A stretch of DNA of 64,000 nucleotides from Escherichia phage T4. The stretch lies in the sequence record OZ209023.1. One strand, 5' to 3'. Both the position numbers and the translations under genes were made by a program. This document shows positions 37,582-47,995 of this stretch, in pieces. The first letter of the stretch is position 1. Every line of letters begins with the position of its first letter. The notes under the pieces are model-generated. The model did not search any database, was not told where the DNA came from, and saw nothing but the letters and a program-made list of their open reading frames with translations.

Positions 37582-37611
37582 ATAGTACCATGGAAGAACA
37601 AGGATGTAAAC
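37582..37611 (-). promoter_or_regulatory. T4 early-type promoter
   Basis: Minus-strand GTTTACatccttgttcttccaTGGTACTATAC with A/T-rich upstream element. Confidence 0.6.
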
Positions 37612-37745
37612 AGTTTTGTGAAAAAATTTTTAAAAAGTTTTAGGGAATTCTAGGGCGGAGAGGGGCAATTAAAAGATAGGATAATATATTATAAAGGGTA
37701 TAAACTAAATGATGCCTAGAGAGGTCTGGAAAGGCTTAGATACCA

Positions 37746-37773
37746 AAAAGCCCCAACCTTTCGGTCGGGGCTA
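37746..37773 (-). terminator. Intrinsic terminator at the end of the tRNA/stable-RNA transcription unit
   Basis: agccccgacc-gaaa-ggttggggct then UUUUUGG on the minus strand. Confidence 0.7.
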
Positions 37774-37823
37774 AGCCTTGCGGCAACCTTGTCGGGGTTC
37801 CACCTGCCAAGGCAAGTGTTTGT

Positions 37824-37915
37824 ACGAAACGCCGGGATTCGAACCCGGTTATTAAGTAGTTGACGCTACTCAATATTTTTAAAAGGCCATATCTCAACCA
37901 TATCCGAACGTTCCG
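37824..37915 (-). ncRNA. tRNA-like stable RNA (T4 species 1/2, rnaC/rnaD-type)
   Basis: Canonical T-arm ccGGGTTCGAATCCcgg and a 7-bp acceptor-like pairing (cggaacg/cgtttcg), but ~92 nt with no standard anticodon arm. Confidence 0.45.
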
Positions 37916-38086
37916 TCAAAAACGCTACTCGGCTTACGGCAAAGATATTTCCTCGAATCGATAATTTGGTGCGCCGTTTCTGCTGTGATGTAAGAGGGCA
38001 TCAATAAACGCAAAGATTATTAACGCAATTCCTTACTCAGGGAACATCAGTCCGACGACTTACCGGTAGCGACCCGGTTTCTCATT
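37916..38086 (-). ncRNA. Second non-coding stable-RNA region between tRNA-Arg and the tRNA-like RNA
   Basis: No ORF; structured GC-rich segments; position of the T4 stable RNAs downstream of tRNA-Arg. Confidence 0.35.
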
Positions 38087-38161
38087 TGGTATCCCGCCCT
38101 GGGATCGAACCAGGACCGCAAACTTAGAAGGATCGTATGCTATCCATTACACCAGCGGGAC
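38087..38161 (-). tRNA. tRNA-Arg (anticodon UCU), CCA encoded
   Basis: GTCCCGCTGGTG...CTTCTAA loop...GGTTCGATCC...ACCA; manual cloverleaf fold with one U-U mismatch in the anticodon stem. Confidence 0.8.
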
Positions 38162-38166
38162 GTAAT

Positions 38167-38832
38167 TTAAAATTTCATTTTTCGACCTTTAAACCATCCT
38201 TCTGGAATTGGGTCAGTTTTCTTAATACGTTTAGAAACTTTTTCATCTAATGAATGAATCCACATCATACCGAATTGGGAATTCTTTTCACCTTTCTGGT
38301 GATTATTTTTGGCGTGAGATTCTTTCATTTTATTAATAGTTTCAGGAGTATGATGCTTATTTAGAAATCTGCTATTATTTAAAAATTTTTCCCTGTATTC
38401 AGGAGTTGACCACAAACGTTTAAATACATTTGAACCAATTTTACGATATTTTTCTTGAAGTAAAATATCATTTTCAAAACGTGACTTAAACGATTTAGCT
38501 CCTTTTAAGCTAGCATCTTTCTTCTGGTTTAGCATTCCAGGAATATTTACATGATCCCATCCACCTTCACCGCCAAGTTTTAAATTATACACATCTGGTC
38601 TATTTAAAAACTCTTCTGTGACAATATTTTTCTCGGCTTCAAGCATAGATTCTTTATCGTCAAAATACTCTAATATTTCTTTAGAAAAATTTTCTATACC
38701 ATATTTATCTTGGGCTCTTTTTAATAATTTACCAGAACCCATATATCCATCATCTAAATTTTCGGTAGAATGCACACCAATATAAATTTTATTATTAATT
38801 TTATTTGTTATTTTATAAGTGTAATAGAACAT
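38167..38832 (-). CDS. segB: GIY-YIG homing endonuclease SegB
   Basis: 221 aa; GIY-YIG N-terminus YTYKITNKINNKIYIGVH; sits inside the tRNA cluster. Confidence 0.85.
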   Translation of the reverse strand: MFYYTYKITNKINNKIYIGVHSTENLDDGYMGSGKLLKRAQDKYGIENFSKEILEYFDDKESMLEAEKNIVTEEFLNRPDVYNLKLGGEGGWDHVNIPGMLNQKKDASLKGAKSFKSRFENDILLQEKYRKIGSNVFKRLWSTPEYREKFLNNSRFLNKHHTPETINKMKESHAKNNHQKGEKNSQFGMMWIHSLDEKVSKRIKKTDPIPEGWFKGRKMKF

Positions 38833-38873
38833 AAATATCTCCTATTTCTAAGAGTATTTATGTTCTCAAAATA

Positions 38874-38947
38874 TGACCCAGACCAGATTTGAACTGGTAA
38901 CCTTTCCCTTATGAGGGGACTGCTGCTAACCATTGAGCTACAGGGCC
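38874..38947 (-). tRNA. tRNA-Ile (gene anticodon CAT; presumably C34-modified to read AUA)
   Basis: Manual fold: anticodon loop CTCATAA, T-loop TTCAAAT; no CCA encoded; one nt separates it from tRNA-Thr. Confidence 0.75.
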
Positions 38948-38948
38948 T

Positions 38949-39024
38949 TGGTGCTGATTGACGGAATCGAACCGCCGACATCCTCATTACAAGTGAGGTG
39001 CTCTACCTACTGAGCTAAATCAGC
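38949..39024 (-). tRNA. tRNA-Thr (anticodon UGU), CCA encoded
   Basis: GCTGATTTAGCTCAGTAGG...CTTGTAA loop...GGTTCGATTCC...ACCA. Confidence 0.85.
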
Positions 39025-39031
39025 AAAATTA

Positions 39032-39118
39032 CGGAGGCGATAGGATTTGAACCTATGAGTCGCCGGAGCGACTGCCGGTTTTCAAGACCGGTGCATTAAA
39101 CCACTCTGCCACGCCTCC
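39032..39118 (-). tRNA. tRNA-Ser (anticodon UGA), class II long variable arm, no CCA
   Basis: GGAGGCGTGGCAGAGTGG...CTTGAAA loop...GGTTCAAATCC; 87 nt. Confidence 0.85.
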
Positions 39119-39120
39119 AG

Positions 39121-39194
39121 TCTCCATACAAGGATTTGAACCTTGGACCTCCTGATCCCAAATCAGGCGCTCTACCAAACTGAGCTACACGGAG
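39121..39194 (-). tRNA. tRNA-Pro (anticodon UGG), no CCA; forms a dimeric unit with tRNA-Ser
   Basis: CTCCGTGTAGCTCAGTTTGG...TTTGGGA loop...GGTTCAAATCC. Confidence 0.85.
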
Positions 39195-39204
39195 TAAATT
39201 AAAT

Positions 39205-39278
<74 letters not shown>

Positions 39279-39283
39279 AAATT

Positions 39284-39370
39284 TGGTGCGAGAAGTGGGA
39301 CTCGAACCCACAAGGAAATCATTCCGCAGCATTTTAAGTGCTGTGCCTTTACCAATTTGACCATTCTCGC
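39284..39370 (-). tRNA. tRNA-Leu (anticodon UAA), class II, CCA encoded
   Basis: GCGAGAATGGTCAAATTGG...CTTAAAA loop...long variable arm...GGTTCGAGTCC...ACCA. Confidence 0.85.
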
Positions 39371-39371
39371 G

Positions 39372-39444
39372 CTGGGAATAAAGGACTCGAACCTTTGCAT
39401 CTAGCAGTCAAAGTGCTATGCCTTACCAACTTGGCTAATTCCCA
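39372..39444 (-). tRNA. tRNA-Gln (anticodon UUG), no CCA; adjacent to tRNA-Leu
   Basis: TGGGAATTAGCCAAGTTGG...CTTTGAC loop...GGTTCGAGTCC. Confidence 0.85.
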
Positions 39445-39541
39445 ATTATTAACAAAGGCTCTCTAACAAGAACCCTTGATGATAGAGGGTATTAATCAGT
39501 GCGGTATGAGTTAATAATAACAAATAATTCTTAAAGCATAT

Positions 39542-39835
39542 TTACCATTTATGATGATACGTATTTACGATACATTCAAGACCCAAAGGATTCTTGAAAA
39601 TATCATATTCAAGAGGACCTTTTTCTGTTTCAATAAAGAAATCAAAATTTACTGTATTAAATTTACGGTCTTCCTTTACTAATTTAACTTGAGAAGATGA
39701 ACGATCAATGTAAACCTTTTCAACTTCAAAACACGTTAAAATGCCATAATCATCAATCAAGGCTTTAGCTGCTTCTTGATCATATTTATATCCATTTTCA
39801 ACGGATGATACTTTCGCATAAAGAATCATCATCAA
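39542..39835 (-). CDS. Hypothetical protein
   Basis: 97-aa ORF. Confidence 0.5.
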   Translation of the reverse strand: MMMILYAKVSSVENGYKYDQEAAKALIDDYGILTCFEVEKVYIDRSSSQVKLVKEDRKFNTVNFDFFIETEKGPLEYDIFKNPLGLECIVNTYHHKW

Positions 39836-40242
39836 CCTCTATCAACAATAGCATGAGTATGGGCATTTACGATTTGCCACCAGTCGAAACGATTGGAACC
39901 ATAATCTGGTTTATTTTCATTTTCTTTAATGATATCACGCAGTTTATCTTCTGTTTCAGCATACGCAATTAAATCATCATATCCACCACAAGGATAATAA
40001 TTATCACCTGCGAATAAAAGAAAATTTACCTTAGATGGATTTACGTAATAATGGTCTTTAGGATATTTAGTTCCTCTCCAATCAGTTACTTCAACATAAC
40101 GGTAAGAAAATCCATTTTTACTTTCAATCCAACTCCACGCTTCAAAAGGAGTATTAAAAACTTTATCAGGTATTAAATTACCTTCAAAATGAGAAGGATT
40201 TGCATAATCCCCGGCATAAACATAATATTCGTTAATACTCAT
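39832..40242 (-). CDS. Hypothetical protein
   Basis: 136-aa ORF, Tyr/Trp-rich. Confidence 0.55.
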   Translation of the reverse strand: MSINEYYVYAGDYANPSHFEGNLIPDKVFNTPFEAWSWIESKNGFSYRYVEVTDWRGTKYPKDHYYVNPSKVNFLLFAGDNYYPCGGYDDLIAYAETEDKLRDIIKENENKPDYGSNRFDWWQIVNAHTHAIVDRG

Positions 40243-40428
40243 TTATTCACCTTTAGAAATTTTATCCATAACGATAGCAATTAAACCAATTAAAAATGCT
40301 ACTACAAGTGAAAACACATTTTCTGCTGTAGTTAATAATCCGCATATAAATCCAACAAACATTGAAAAACTAAAAGCAGAAGCAGAAATTGCAATAGCAA
40401 CATTTCGAATTAATTCACAGCGTTTCAT
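40243..40428 (-). CDS. Small membrane protein
   Basis: 61 aa, two hydrophobic helices. Confidence 0.5.
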   Translation of the reverse strand: MKRCELIRNVAIAISASAFSFSMFVGFICGLLTTAENVFSLVVAFLIGLIAIVMDKISKGE

Positions 40429-40456
40429 TTTATTCTCCTCAGTAGTTGATAGGGTA

Positions 40457-40486
40457 ATAGTATCACAGCTAAAACCCTATGTAAAC
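40457..40486 (-). promoter_or_regulatory. T4 early-type promoter with flanking 7-bp inverted repeat
   Basis: GTTTAC at 40481-40486; TGTGATACTAT; atagggt / accctat at 40449-40480. Confidence 0.55.
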
Positions 40487-40504
40487 AACTTTGTGAAATA
40501 TTTA

Positions 40505-40792
40505 TTACAAAAGATTTTTAGCAATAATCTTGAGATGTGCCGCAGAAATGTGTTTAGCTTTAAACAACGCAGTTTCTTCAGCAGGAGAGATAACGATTGT
40601 AGCACCATCCTTTTTAGCAGACCACCCATCACCTAGGTAAACAGTACCTTTGATTTCTTCGCCATCAACCAGACTAATCATTGGTTTACCTTCTCGTCCT
40701 TTATTTGCTTTAATAACTTCAGAAGTAAGAGTAGCTTCGGTAATGGTAGAAACCGGGGTAGTTGTAGAAGTAAATTCTTTAAATGTTTTCAT
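40505..40792 (-). CDS. ipI: Internal protein I (known inhibitor of the GmrSD restriction system)
   Basis: 95 aa; MKTFKEFTSTTTPVSTI with the capsid-targeting N-terminus shared by ipII/ipIII. Confidence 0.8.
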   Translation of the reverse strand: MKTFKEFTSTTTPVSTITEATLTSEVIKANKGREGKPMISLVDGEEIKGTVYLGDGWSAKKDGATIVISPAEETALFKAKHISAAHLKIIAKNLL

Positions 40793-40823
40793 TTTTATTT
40801 TCCTAATTAATTTTGATGAGGTA

Positions 40824-40853
40824 ATAGTATCACTACCTCATCAGTATGTAAAC
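40824..40853 (-). promoter_or_regulatory. T4 early-type promoter of ipI with -10 in the loop of a 10-bp-arm palindrome
   Basis: GTTTAC at 40848-40853; -10 TACTAT; tgatgaggta / tacctcatca at 40814-40843. Confidence 0.55.
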
Positions 40854-40865
40854 AACTTTGTGAAA

Positions 40866-41562
<697 letters not shown>

Positions 41563-41563
<1 letters not shown>

Positions 41564-42288
41564 TATAGTACCTTTAGTGTATTTTTAATTTTAGAAAAAA
41601 GTTCTTCAAGAGAACCATCGTTTGTAATTACTAAATCGCCATCACGAATTGGCAATCCAGCTTCTGTAATATGTGTATCATTGGATTTTTGACCAGGACG
41701 AACTACATGAATTACTGTAGCACCCATCGCCCTAGCCGCATCCATTTCATGATCTTGACGGGTATCAGGAACGATATAATAATCATAACCTGAGTTAAAT
41801 TTATCAAGATAATCTAAAGCAAATAATTTTACCCAGTACATGCGGTCGAAGTTATTAACAATCAAATCCGTACCTAGGGCTTGCATCAGACGACGGACTG
41901 ACCATTGATCTTCAATATTATTTATAACGTCAGTAATCTTATTAAATGCTACGAAATTAACTGATTCTTTTCCTTCGTCATCAAAAACAAACACACCTTT
42001 AATTGGGCTTTTACCATTAAGATAACAAAATGCTTGTTCCATAATCGTGATTACTTCTAATTTAGTCAGATTTAAATTAGTCTCACGATCATAGTCAATT
42101 CCTTCAAACTCTTTACGAGTTAAGCAAGGATAGTCAGTGTTTGCTGCAAATACTCCCCATGCATAAGCCAATGCATCCTTAATAGGACCAGCAAGTTGGT
42201 ATTTAACTGCAGAATAATTGCTCATGATAAAATCAGCAGTAGTATCTTTTCCACTACGCTTTACACCGCTTAAAAAGATTAGTTTCAT
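41563..42288 (-). CDS. 1: Deoxynucleoside monophosphate kinase gp1
   Basis: 241 aa from the ATG at 42286-42288; MKLIFLSGVKRSGKDT P-loop. Confidence 0.85.
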
Positions 42289-42337
42289 GTGTTTCTCCTC
42301 AAATTTAATTAAGATTATAACACACAAAACTGAAGCA

Positions 42338-42868
42338 TTAAACTTCTGCTATAATTTTACCATCTTTTTCTACTTGAAAATAGGTGTAAGGAATTGTTGC
42401 AGTACATACTAAAGCCGGGTCTGAATCTTCCGTGTAGCTAAATTCTACTTCAGATAGGTCAGAAACCCAAGGCTTATAAAAATTTATTGACATCACGATT
42501 TCAGTTTTGCTATTATCTAAGATGTAAAGCGTAATGTACTCAGGACCTGTTTTTTGGGCAGTATTTTCACCTGTAAGATAGTTGCTAGTTCCTAGCATCC
42601 ATTCATACATTCCTATCCACGACTTAAGTTCTTCATCAACTATAAATCTCACAATGAGTGGATCATACTCAAATGTAACACCTGGACGTTGTGCTCGGCC
42701 CAGTCCAAACGGCCCAGTCACGGTATCAGTAACAGGTATTCTAATTCCTGGAATAGGAACTGACTGAGCATTTAAAGTAAAAGCAGATGTAGTATTACTA
42801 TGTGGTATTGATACTACAAAGTTAGTTGTATTTGCTTGGTTAAAAATTTGTTGCAGAGCTTGCGACAT
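42338..42868 (-). CDS. 3: Tail completion / sheath stabilizer gp3
   Basis: 176 aa from the ATG at 42866-42868; MSQALQQIFNQANTTNFVV... Confidence 0.8.
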   Translation of the reverse strand: MSQALQQIFNQANTTNFVVSIPHSNTTSAFTLNAQSVPIPGIRIPVTDTVTGPFGLGRAQRPGVTFEYDPLIVRFIVDEELKSWIGMYEWMLGTSNYLTGENTAQKTGPEYITLYILDNSKTEIVMSINFYKPWVSDLSEVEFSYTEDSDPALVCTATIPYTYFQVEKDGKIIAEV

Positions 42869-42974
42869 ATATTCCTCATAATGCTTTATAACTGTTGGTG
42901 GTATAATGGGTCTAAGTCCCTTCCATTCAATTCCATTTAGAACAAACAACAGAAAAGAATGGAAGATAATAGAA

Positions 42975-43799
42975 TTAGATATTTGACCAGACTTTGTTTG
43001 CAGAGAAACGTTTTCCTTTTGAAACGAACTGCTGAAGTGGCATCAACACAACGTTCGCCCAGTCTTTCGGGGCGATTTCAACAAGGCTACCCATAATATT
43101 ACCAGGTATATATGCCTTAATCATTTGGTCTGCACCCCTAAATCCTTTCACTTGACTCCAATCAATTTTTAATTTCGTTTTATTAGTAATAGTAGGTGTA
43201 TTTGCATATTGCTTTAAAAGCTCTTCTAGGAATTGCTGACGAGCTTTAGGTGGAATATAGTGCAAGTTTAATCCGTACATTAAATTATGCTTACCTAAAC
43301 CAAGGTAAATTATCAAAGGAAATTTATCCCAGTAAGGAAGAGTTTCCTTGTGTTTAGCATCATAAGCAAAAGCATATATTCGTCCCGGCTGCGGGCGAAC
43401 AACTTTATGTCCTTTTACTTGCTTAATAGTTTCAGCAAACCACTTTCTGGTTTTATTATTAATTGCTGCGCCTTCATTACGAATTTTATCACGCAATGTT
43501 TGTCTGAATGAATTTATCATAAGCAGTTGTCTTTCTTGCTTATTGAGTTTATTCATTGGTTTTGATTCAAGTTTTTGAATCTTTTCAGCCGTTTTAATTC
43601 CTGAAGCATATTTTGACATTGCTGAAGTAAACGTAGAGTATTTGATTCCTCTTTCTTCAGCAAATTGCTTTCCTGTCATTCCTTTTGCTTTGGCCTTTTT
43701 ATATTCAAGACCTATCTGAATCCATTTCTTTTCGTTTAATGATTGCTTAACCTTTGGAACTTGGGGAGTGCTTTCATTAATTATTTGAAAAATAGCCAT
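42975..43799 (-). CDS. 2: DNA end-protector protein gp2
   Basis: 274-aa ORF; length and position as T4 gp2. Confidence 0.8.
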
Positions 43800-44251
43800 T
43801 ATGCCCCCTTAAAGCCAAGAGCTCGTAATCCATCTTCTGTTAGAATTCTAAATTTTATTCCACGCTTTTCAGCTAAAGATTGTGCTGCTTTCCATTTGTC
43901 AGTGTTCACAGACCAGGTATAAATTTCATTCATAAATCTTTTCTTCGCTGCGGTCGTTAGATGTGCTGGTTTAACTGGTGGTTGTGTTTCTTTTTTAGGT
44001 TTTATTTCAATAAAAAATTCTTGTCCAGAAGAATCTTTCATCCAAATATCCATGAAGTATCTACGTTTTTTCCCTTCTGCATTACAAAAATAAGGAATTA
44101 CTGCTGTTTCACTACCCCATGCAATAATTTCTGGATTTTTATCTAACCATTCAAAAAAGAATTTTTCCCAATTTGATCTATACGTAATTTTTTTAGGGTC
44201 ACCTCTATACTTTGATATATTTTTAGGAACCCATTTTCCAGAATATGCCAT
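43799..44251 (-). CDS. 4: Head completion protein gp4
   Basis: 150-aa ORF; the strand switch follows. Confidence 0.8.
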
Positions 44252-44262
44252 TGGATTCTCCT

Positions 44263-44285
44263 TATAAATAGATAATATATTTATA
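44263..44285. promoter_or_regulatory. Divergent late promoters (TATAAATA on both strands) for gene 53 (+) and gene 4 (-)
   Basis: Plus-strand TATAAATA at 44263-44270; plus-strand tatttata at 44278-44285 gives TATAAATA on the minus strand. Confidence 0.65.
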
Positions 44286-44298
44286 AACAGGAGGGCCC

Positions 44299-44889
44299 AT
44301 GCTCTTTACATTTTTTGATCCGATTGAATATGCGGCCAAAACGGTGAATAAAAACGCGCCGACTATTCCTATGACAGATATTTTTAGAAACTATAAAGAC
44401 TATTTTAAACGCGCTCTTGCGGGATACCGCTTACGTACTTATTATATTAAAGGTTCACCACGCCCGGAAGAATTAGCAAATGCTATATATGGAAATCCAC
44501 AGCTGTATTGGGTTTTATTGATGTGTAATGATAATTATGACCCGTATTATGGATGGATTACTTCGCAAGAAGCTGCTTATCAAGCATCTATACAAAAATA
44601 CAAAAACGTAGGTGGAGACCAAATAGTATATCATGTGAATGAGAACGGTGAAAAATTTTATAATTTAATATCATACGATGATAATCCATATGTTTGGTAT
44701 GATAAAGGCGATAAAGCTAGAAAATATCCTCAATATGAAGGAGCGCTTGCTGCGGTCGATACGTATGAAGCTGCTGTTCTTGAAAATGAAAAACTTCGTC
44801 AAATAAAAATAATAGCAAAATCAGACATCAATTCATTTATGAACGACCTTATACGTATAATGGAGAAATCTTATGGAAATGATAAGTAA
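44299..44889 (+). CDS. 53: Baseplate wedge protein gp53
   Basis: 196 aa; GGAGG Shine-Dalgarno. Confidence 0.85.
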   Translation: MLFTFFDPIEYAAKTVNKNAPTIPMTDIFRNYKDYFKRALAGYRLRTYYIKGSPRPEELANAIYGNPQLYWVLLMCNDNYDPYYGWITSQEAAYQASIQKYKNVGGDQIVYHVNENGEKFYNLISYDDNPYVWYDKGDKARKYPQYEGALAAVDTYEAAVLENEKLRQIKIIAKSDINSFMNDLIRIMEKSYGNDK

Positions 44890-46600
44890 TAACCTTAATT
44901 GGTTTGTCGGTGTTGTTGAAGATAGAATGGACCCATTAAAATTAGGTCGTGTTCGTGTTCGTGTGGTTGGTCTGCATCCACCTCAAAGAGCACAAGGTGA
45001 TGTAATGGGTATTCCAACTGAAAAATTACCATGGATGTCAGTTATTCAACCTATAACTTCTGCAGCAATGTCTGGAATTGGAGGTTCTGTTACTGGACCA
45101 GTAGAAGGAACTAGAGTTTATGGTCATTTTTTAGACAAATGGAAAACTAATGGAATTGTCCTTGGCACGTATGGTGGAATAGTTCGCGAAAAACCGAATA
45201 GACTTGAAGGATTTTCTGACCCAACTGGGCAGTATCCTAGACGTTTAGGAAATGATACTAACGTACTAAACCAAGGTGGAGAAGTAGGATATGATTCGTC
45301 TTCTAACGTTATCCAAGATAGTAACTTAGACACCGCAATAAATCCCGATGATAGACCGCTATCAGAGATTCCAACCGATGATAATCCAAATATGTCAATG
45401 GCTGAAATGCTTCGCCGTGATGAAGGATTAAGATTAAAAGTTTATTGGGATACCGAAGGATATCCGACAATTGGTATTGGTCATCTTATCATGAAGCAGC
45501 CAGTTCGTGATATGGCTCAAATTAATAAAGTTTTATCAAAACAAGTTGGTCGTGAAATTACAGGAAATCCAGGTTCTATTACAATGGAAGAGGCGACGAC
45601 TTTATTTGAGCGTGATTTGGCTGATATGCAACGGGACATTAAATCACATTCTAAAGTAGGACCAGTCTGGCAAGCTGTCAACCGTTCTCGTCAAATGGCG
45701 TTAGAAAATATGGCATTTCAGATGGGTGTTGGTGGTGTAGCTAAATTTAACACAATGTTAACTGCTATGTTAGCAGGAGATTGGGAAAAAGCGTATAAAG
45801 CCGGTCGTGATTCATTGTGGTATCAACAAACAAAAGGCCGTGCATCCCGTGTTACCATGATTATTCTTACGGGGAATTTGGAATCATATGGTGTTGAAGT
45901 GAAAACCCCAGCTAGGTCTCTATCAGCAATGGCTGCTACTGTAGCTAAATCTTCTGACCCTGCTGACCCTCCTATTCCAAATGACTCGAGAATTTTATTC
46001 AAAGAACCAGTTTCTTCATATAAAGGTGAATATCCTTATGTGCATACAATGGAAACTGAAAGCGGACATATTCAGGAATTTGATGATACCCCTGGGCAAG
46101 AACGATATAGATTAGTTCATCCAACTGGAACTTATGAAGAAGTATCACCATCAGGAAGAAGAACAAGAAAAACTGTTGATAATTTGTATGATATAACCAA
46201 TGCTGATGGTAATTTTTTGGTAGCCGGTGATAAAAAGACTAACGTCGGTGGTTCAGAAATTTATTATAACATGGATAATCGTTTACATCAAATCGATGGA
46301 AGCAATACAATATTTGTACGTGGAGACGAAACGAAAACTGTTGAAGGTAATGGAACTATCCTAGTTAAAGGTAATGTTACTATTATAGTTGAAGGTAATG
46401 CTGACATTACAGTTAAAGGAGATGCTACCACTTTAGTTGAAGGAAATCAAACTAACACAGTAAATGGAAATCTTTCTTGGAAAGTTGCCGGGACAGTTGA
46501 TTGGGATGTCGGTGGTGATTGGACAGAAAAAATGGCATCTATGAGTTCTATTTCATCTGGTCAATACACAATTGATGGATCGAGGATTGACATTGGCTAA
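44873..46600 (+). CDS. 5: Baseplate hub / tail-associated lysozyme gp5
   Basis: 575 aa; internal lysozyme domain (MLRRDEGLRLKVYWDTEGYPTIGIGHL) and C-terminal beta-helix VEGN repeats. Confidence 0.95.
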   Translation: MEMISNNLNWFVGVVEDRMDPLKLGRVRVRVVGLHPPQRAQGDVMGIPTEKLPWMSVIQPITSAAMSGIGGSVTGPVEGTRVYGHFLDKWKTNGIVLGTYGGIVREKPNRLEGFSDPTGQYPRRLGNDTNVLNQGGEVGYDSSSNVIQDSNLDTAINPDDRPLSEIPTDDNPNMSMAEMLRRDEGLRLKVYWDTEGYPTIGIGHLIMKQPVRDMAQINKVLSKQVGREITGNPGSITMEEATTLFERDLADMQRDIKSHSKVGPVWQAVNRSRQMALENMAFQMGVGGVAKFNTMLTAMLAGDWEKAYKAGRDSLWYQQTKGRASRVTMIILTGNLESYGVEVKTPARSLSAMAATVAKSSDPADPPIPNDSRILFKEPVSSYKGEYPYVHTMETESGHIQEFDDTPGQERYRLVHPTGTYEEVSPSGRRTRKTVDNLYDITNADGNFLVAGDKKTNVGGSEIYYNMDNRLHQIDGSNTIFVRGDETKTVEGNGTILVKGNVTIIVEGNADITVKGDATTLVEGNQTNTVNGNLSWKVAGTVDWDVGGDWTEKMASMSSISSGQYTIDGSRIDIG

Positions 46601-47129
46601 TATACTTCCAATGAGCGCTGATTTAGGAGAATCCATGGAAGGTTCTTCTATCGACGTCACCTTTACCGCTCAATTAGAAACAGGTGAAACGTTAGTATCT
46701 ATAAATATAACTAGTTACGAAGAAACTCCTGGGGTTTTAGTAGAAGAAAATCGCTTATATGGAACATATGAATCTGTATTTGGTTTCGGAAATGACGCGT
46801 TGAAATATCGTTTAGGCGATGAATTTAAAACTGCTGCTTCATGGGAAGAACTTCCTACTGATTCTGATACTCAGTTGTATTTGTGGAAAGCTCCTCAAAA
46901 CCTCCAGAAGACATTCACTTACGAAGTAACATTAATATATGACTACCAAGAACAAAGTGAATCTGGGGGTTCTGGCAGTAATTCTAGGTCATCTTCTGAT
47001 ACTACTGAACCGACAGATCCTCCTGCTCCAGTAAGAAAAACTCTAGTTAAAAATTATACTAAAACTATAGTTGGAAATTGGAGTCGTTGGGCTAATAAAC
47101 TGAGAAAATATGCCTATGCAAGACCATAA
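46572..47129 (+). CDS. Hypothetical protein (5.1 position); start may be an internal Met
   Basis: 185-aa ORF overlapping the gene 5 end. Confidence 0.55.
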   Translation: MMDRGLTLANILPMSADLGESMEGSSIDVTFTAQLETGETLVSINITSYEETPGVLVEENRLYGTYESVFGFGNDALKYRLGDEFKTAASWEELPTDSDTQLYLWKAPQNLQKTFTYEVTLIYDYQEQSESGGSGSNSRSSSDTTEPTDPPAPVRKTLVKNYTKTIVGNWSRWANKLRKYAYARP

Positions 47130-47706
47130 ATATTTTTATTTGTATTCAATAACTAATAAAACAACAGAAAAAATTTATGTAGGCGTCCACAAAACTTCAA
47201 ATTTGGATGATGGGTATATGGGTTCTGGCGTTGCCATTAAAAATGCCATTAAAAAATATGGCATAGATAATTTTTATAAGCATATTATAAAATTCTTTGA
47301 ATCTGAAAAAGCTATGTATGACGCAGAGGCAGAAATAGTCACAGAGGAATTTGTTAAATCTAAGAAAACTTATAATATGAAACTAGGCGGTATCGGTGGC
47401 TTCCCAAAACATAACACAGCGGGTGCTAAAAATGGATTTTACGGTAAATCTCATTCGCGTGAAACTAGATTGAAAATTAGCATTAAATCGTCTAGAAAAA
47501 GAGGGCCTAGAGGGCCTAGAGGTAAAACTCTGAAGATGTGTGGCGCCAATAACCCAAGGTATGGCAAAATAGCCCCTAATGCTAAATCTGTTATTATCAA
47601 CGGCGTTTTATATAAAAGTATTAAAATCGCAGCTAAAGCTCTTAATATAAATTATAGTACCTTAAAGTGGCGAGTTAAAGCGGGGTATTATAAATGTCAG
47701 GATTAA
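47110..47706 (+). CDS. GIY-YIG homing endonuclease (SegC-like) within the baseplate gene block
   Basis: 198 aa; [18 protein letters not shown]...GYMGSG closely parallels SegB (YTYKITNKINNKIYIGVH...GYMGSG). Confidence 0.75.
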
Positions 47707-47987
47707 GTTATGATAAGTGTGTTACTGCTGGCCATGAAGCGTGGCCTCCAACAGTTGTGAATGCTACACAAAGTAAAGTATTCACTGGAGGAATTGCTGT
47801 TCTCGTAGCAGGCGATCCAATTACAGAACATACAGAAATTAAAAAGCCGTATGAAACACATGGCGGAGTGACACAACCTAGAACTTCTAAGGTATATGTC
47901 ACTGGAAAGAAAGCTGTTCAAATGGCTGATCCAATATCATGCGGTGATACTGTGGCTCAGGCATCATCTAAAGTATTCATTAAATAG
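47694..47987 (+). CDS. 5.4: PAAR-repeat spike-tip protein gp5.4
   Basis: 97 aa; [22 protein letters not shown]... PAAR-like. Confidence 0.8.
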
Positions 47988-47995
47988 GATTTAAA

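Noticed and set aside
37539-37601. Recurrent N-terminal peptide (F)HGTIQLSTT / [11 protein letters not shown] on several track ORFs (37275-37601, 20281-20868, 25457-25690)
   Set aside because: These residues are the translation of the conserved early-promoter sequence itself; the real starts are the internal ATGs with Shine-Dalgarno sequences, not a shared protein domain.
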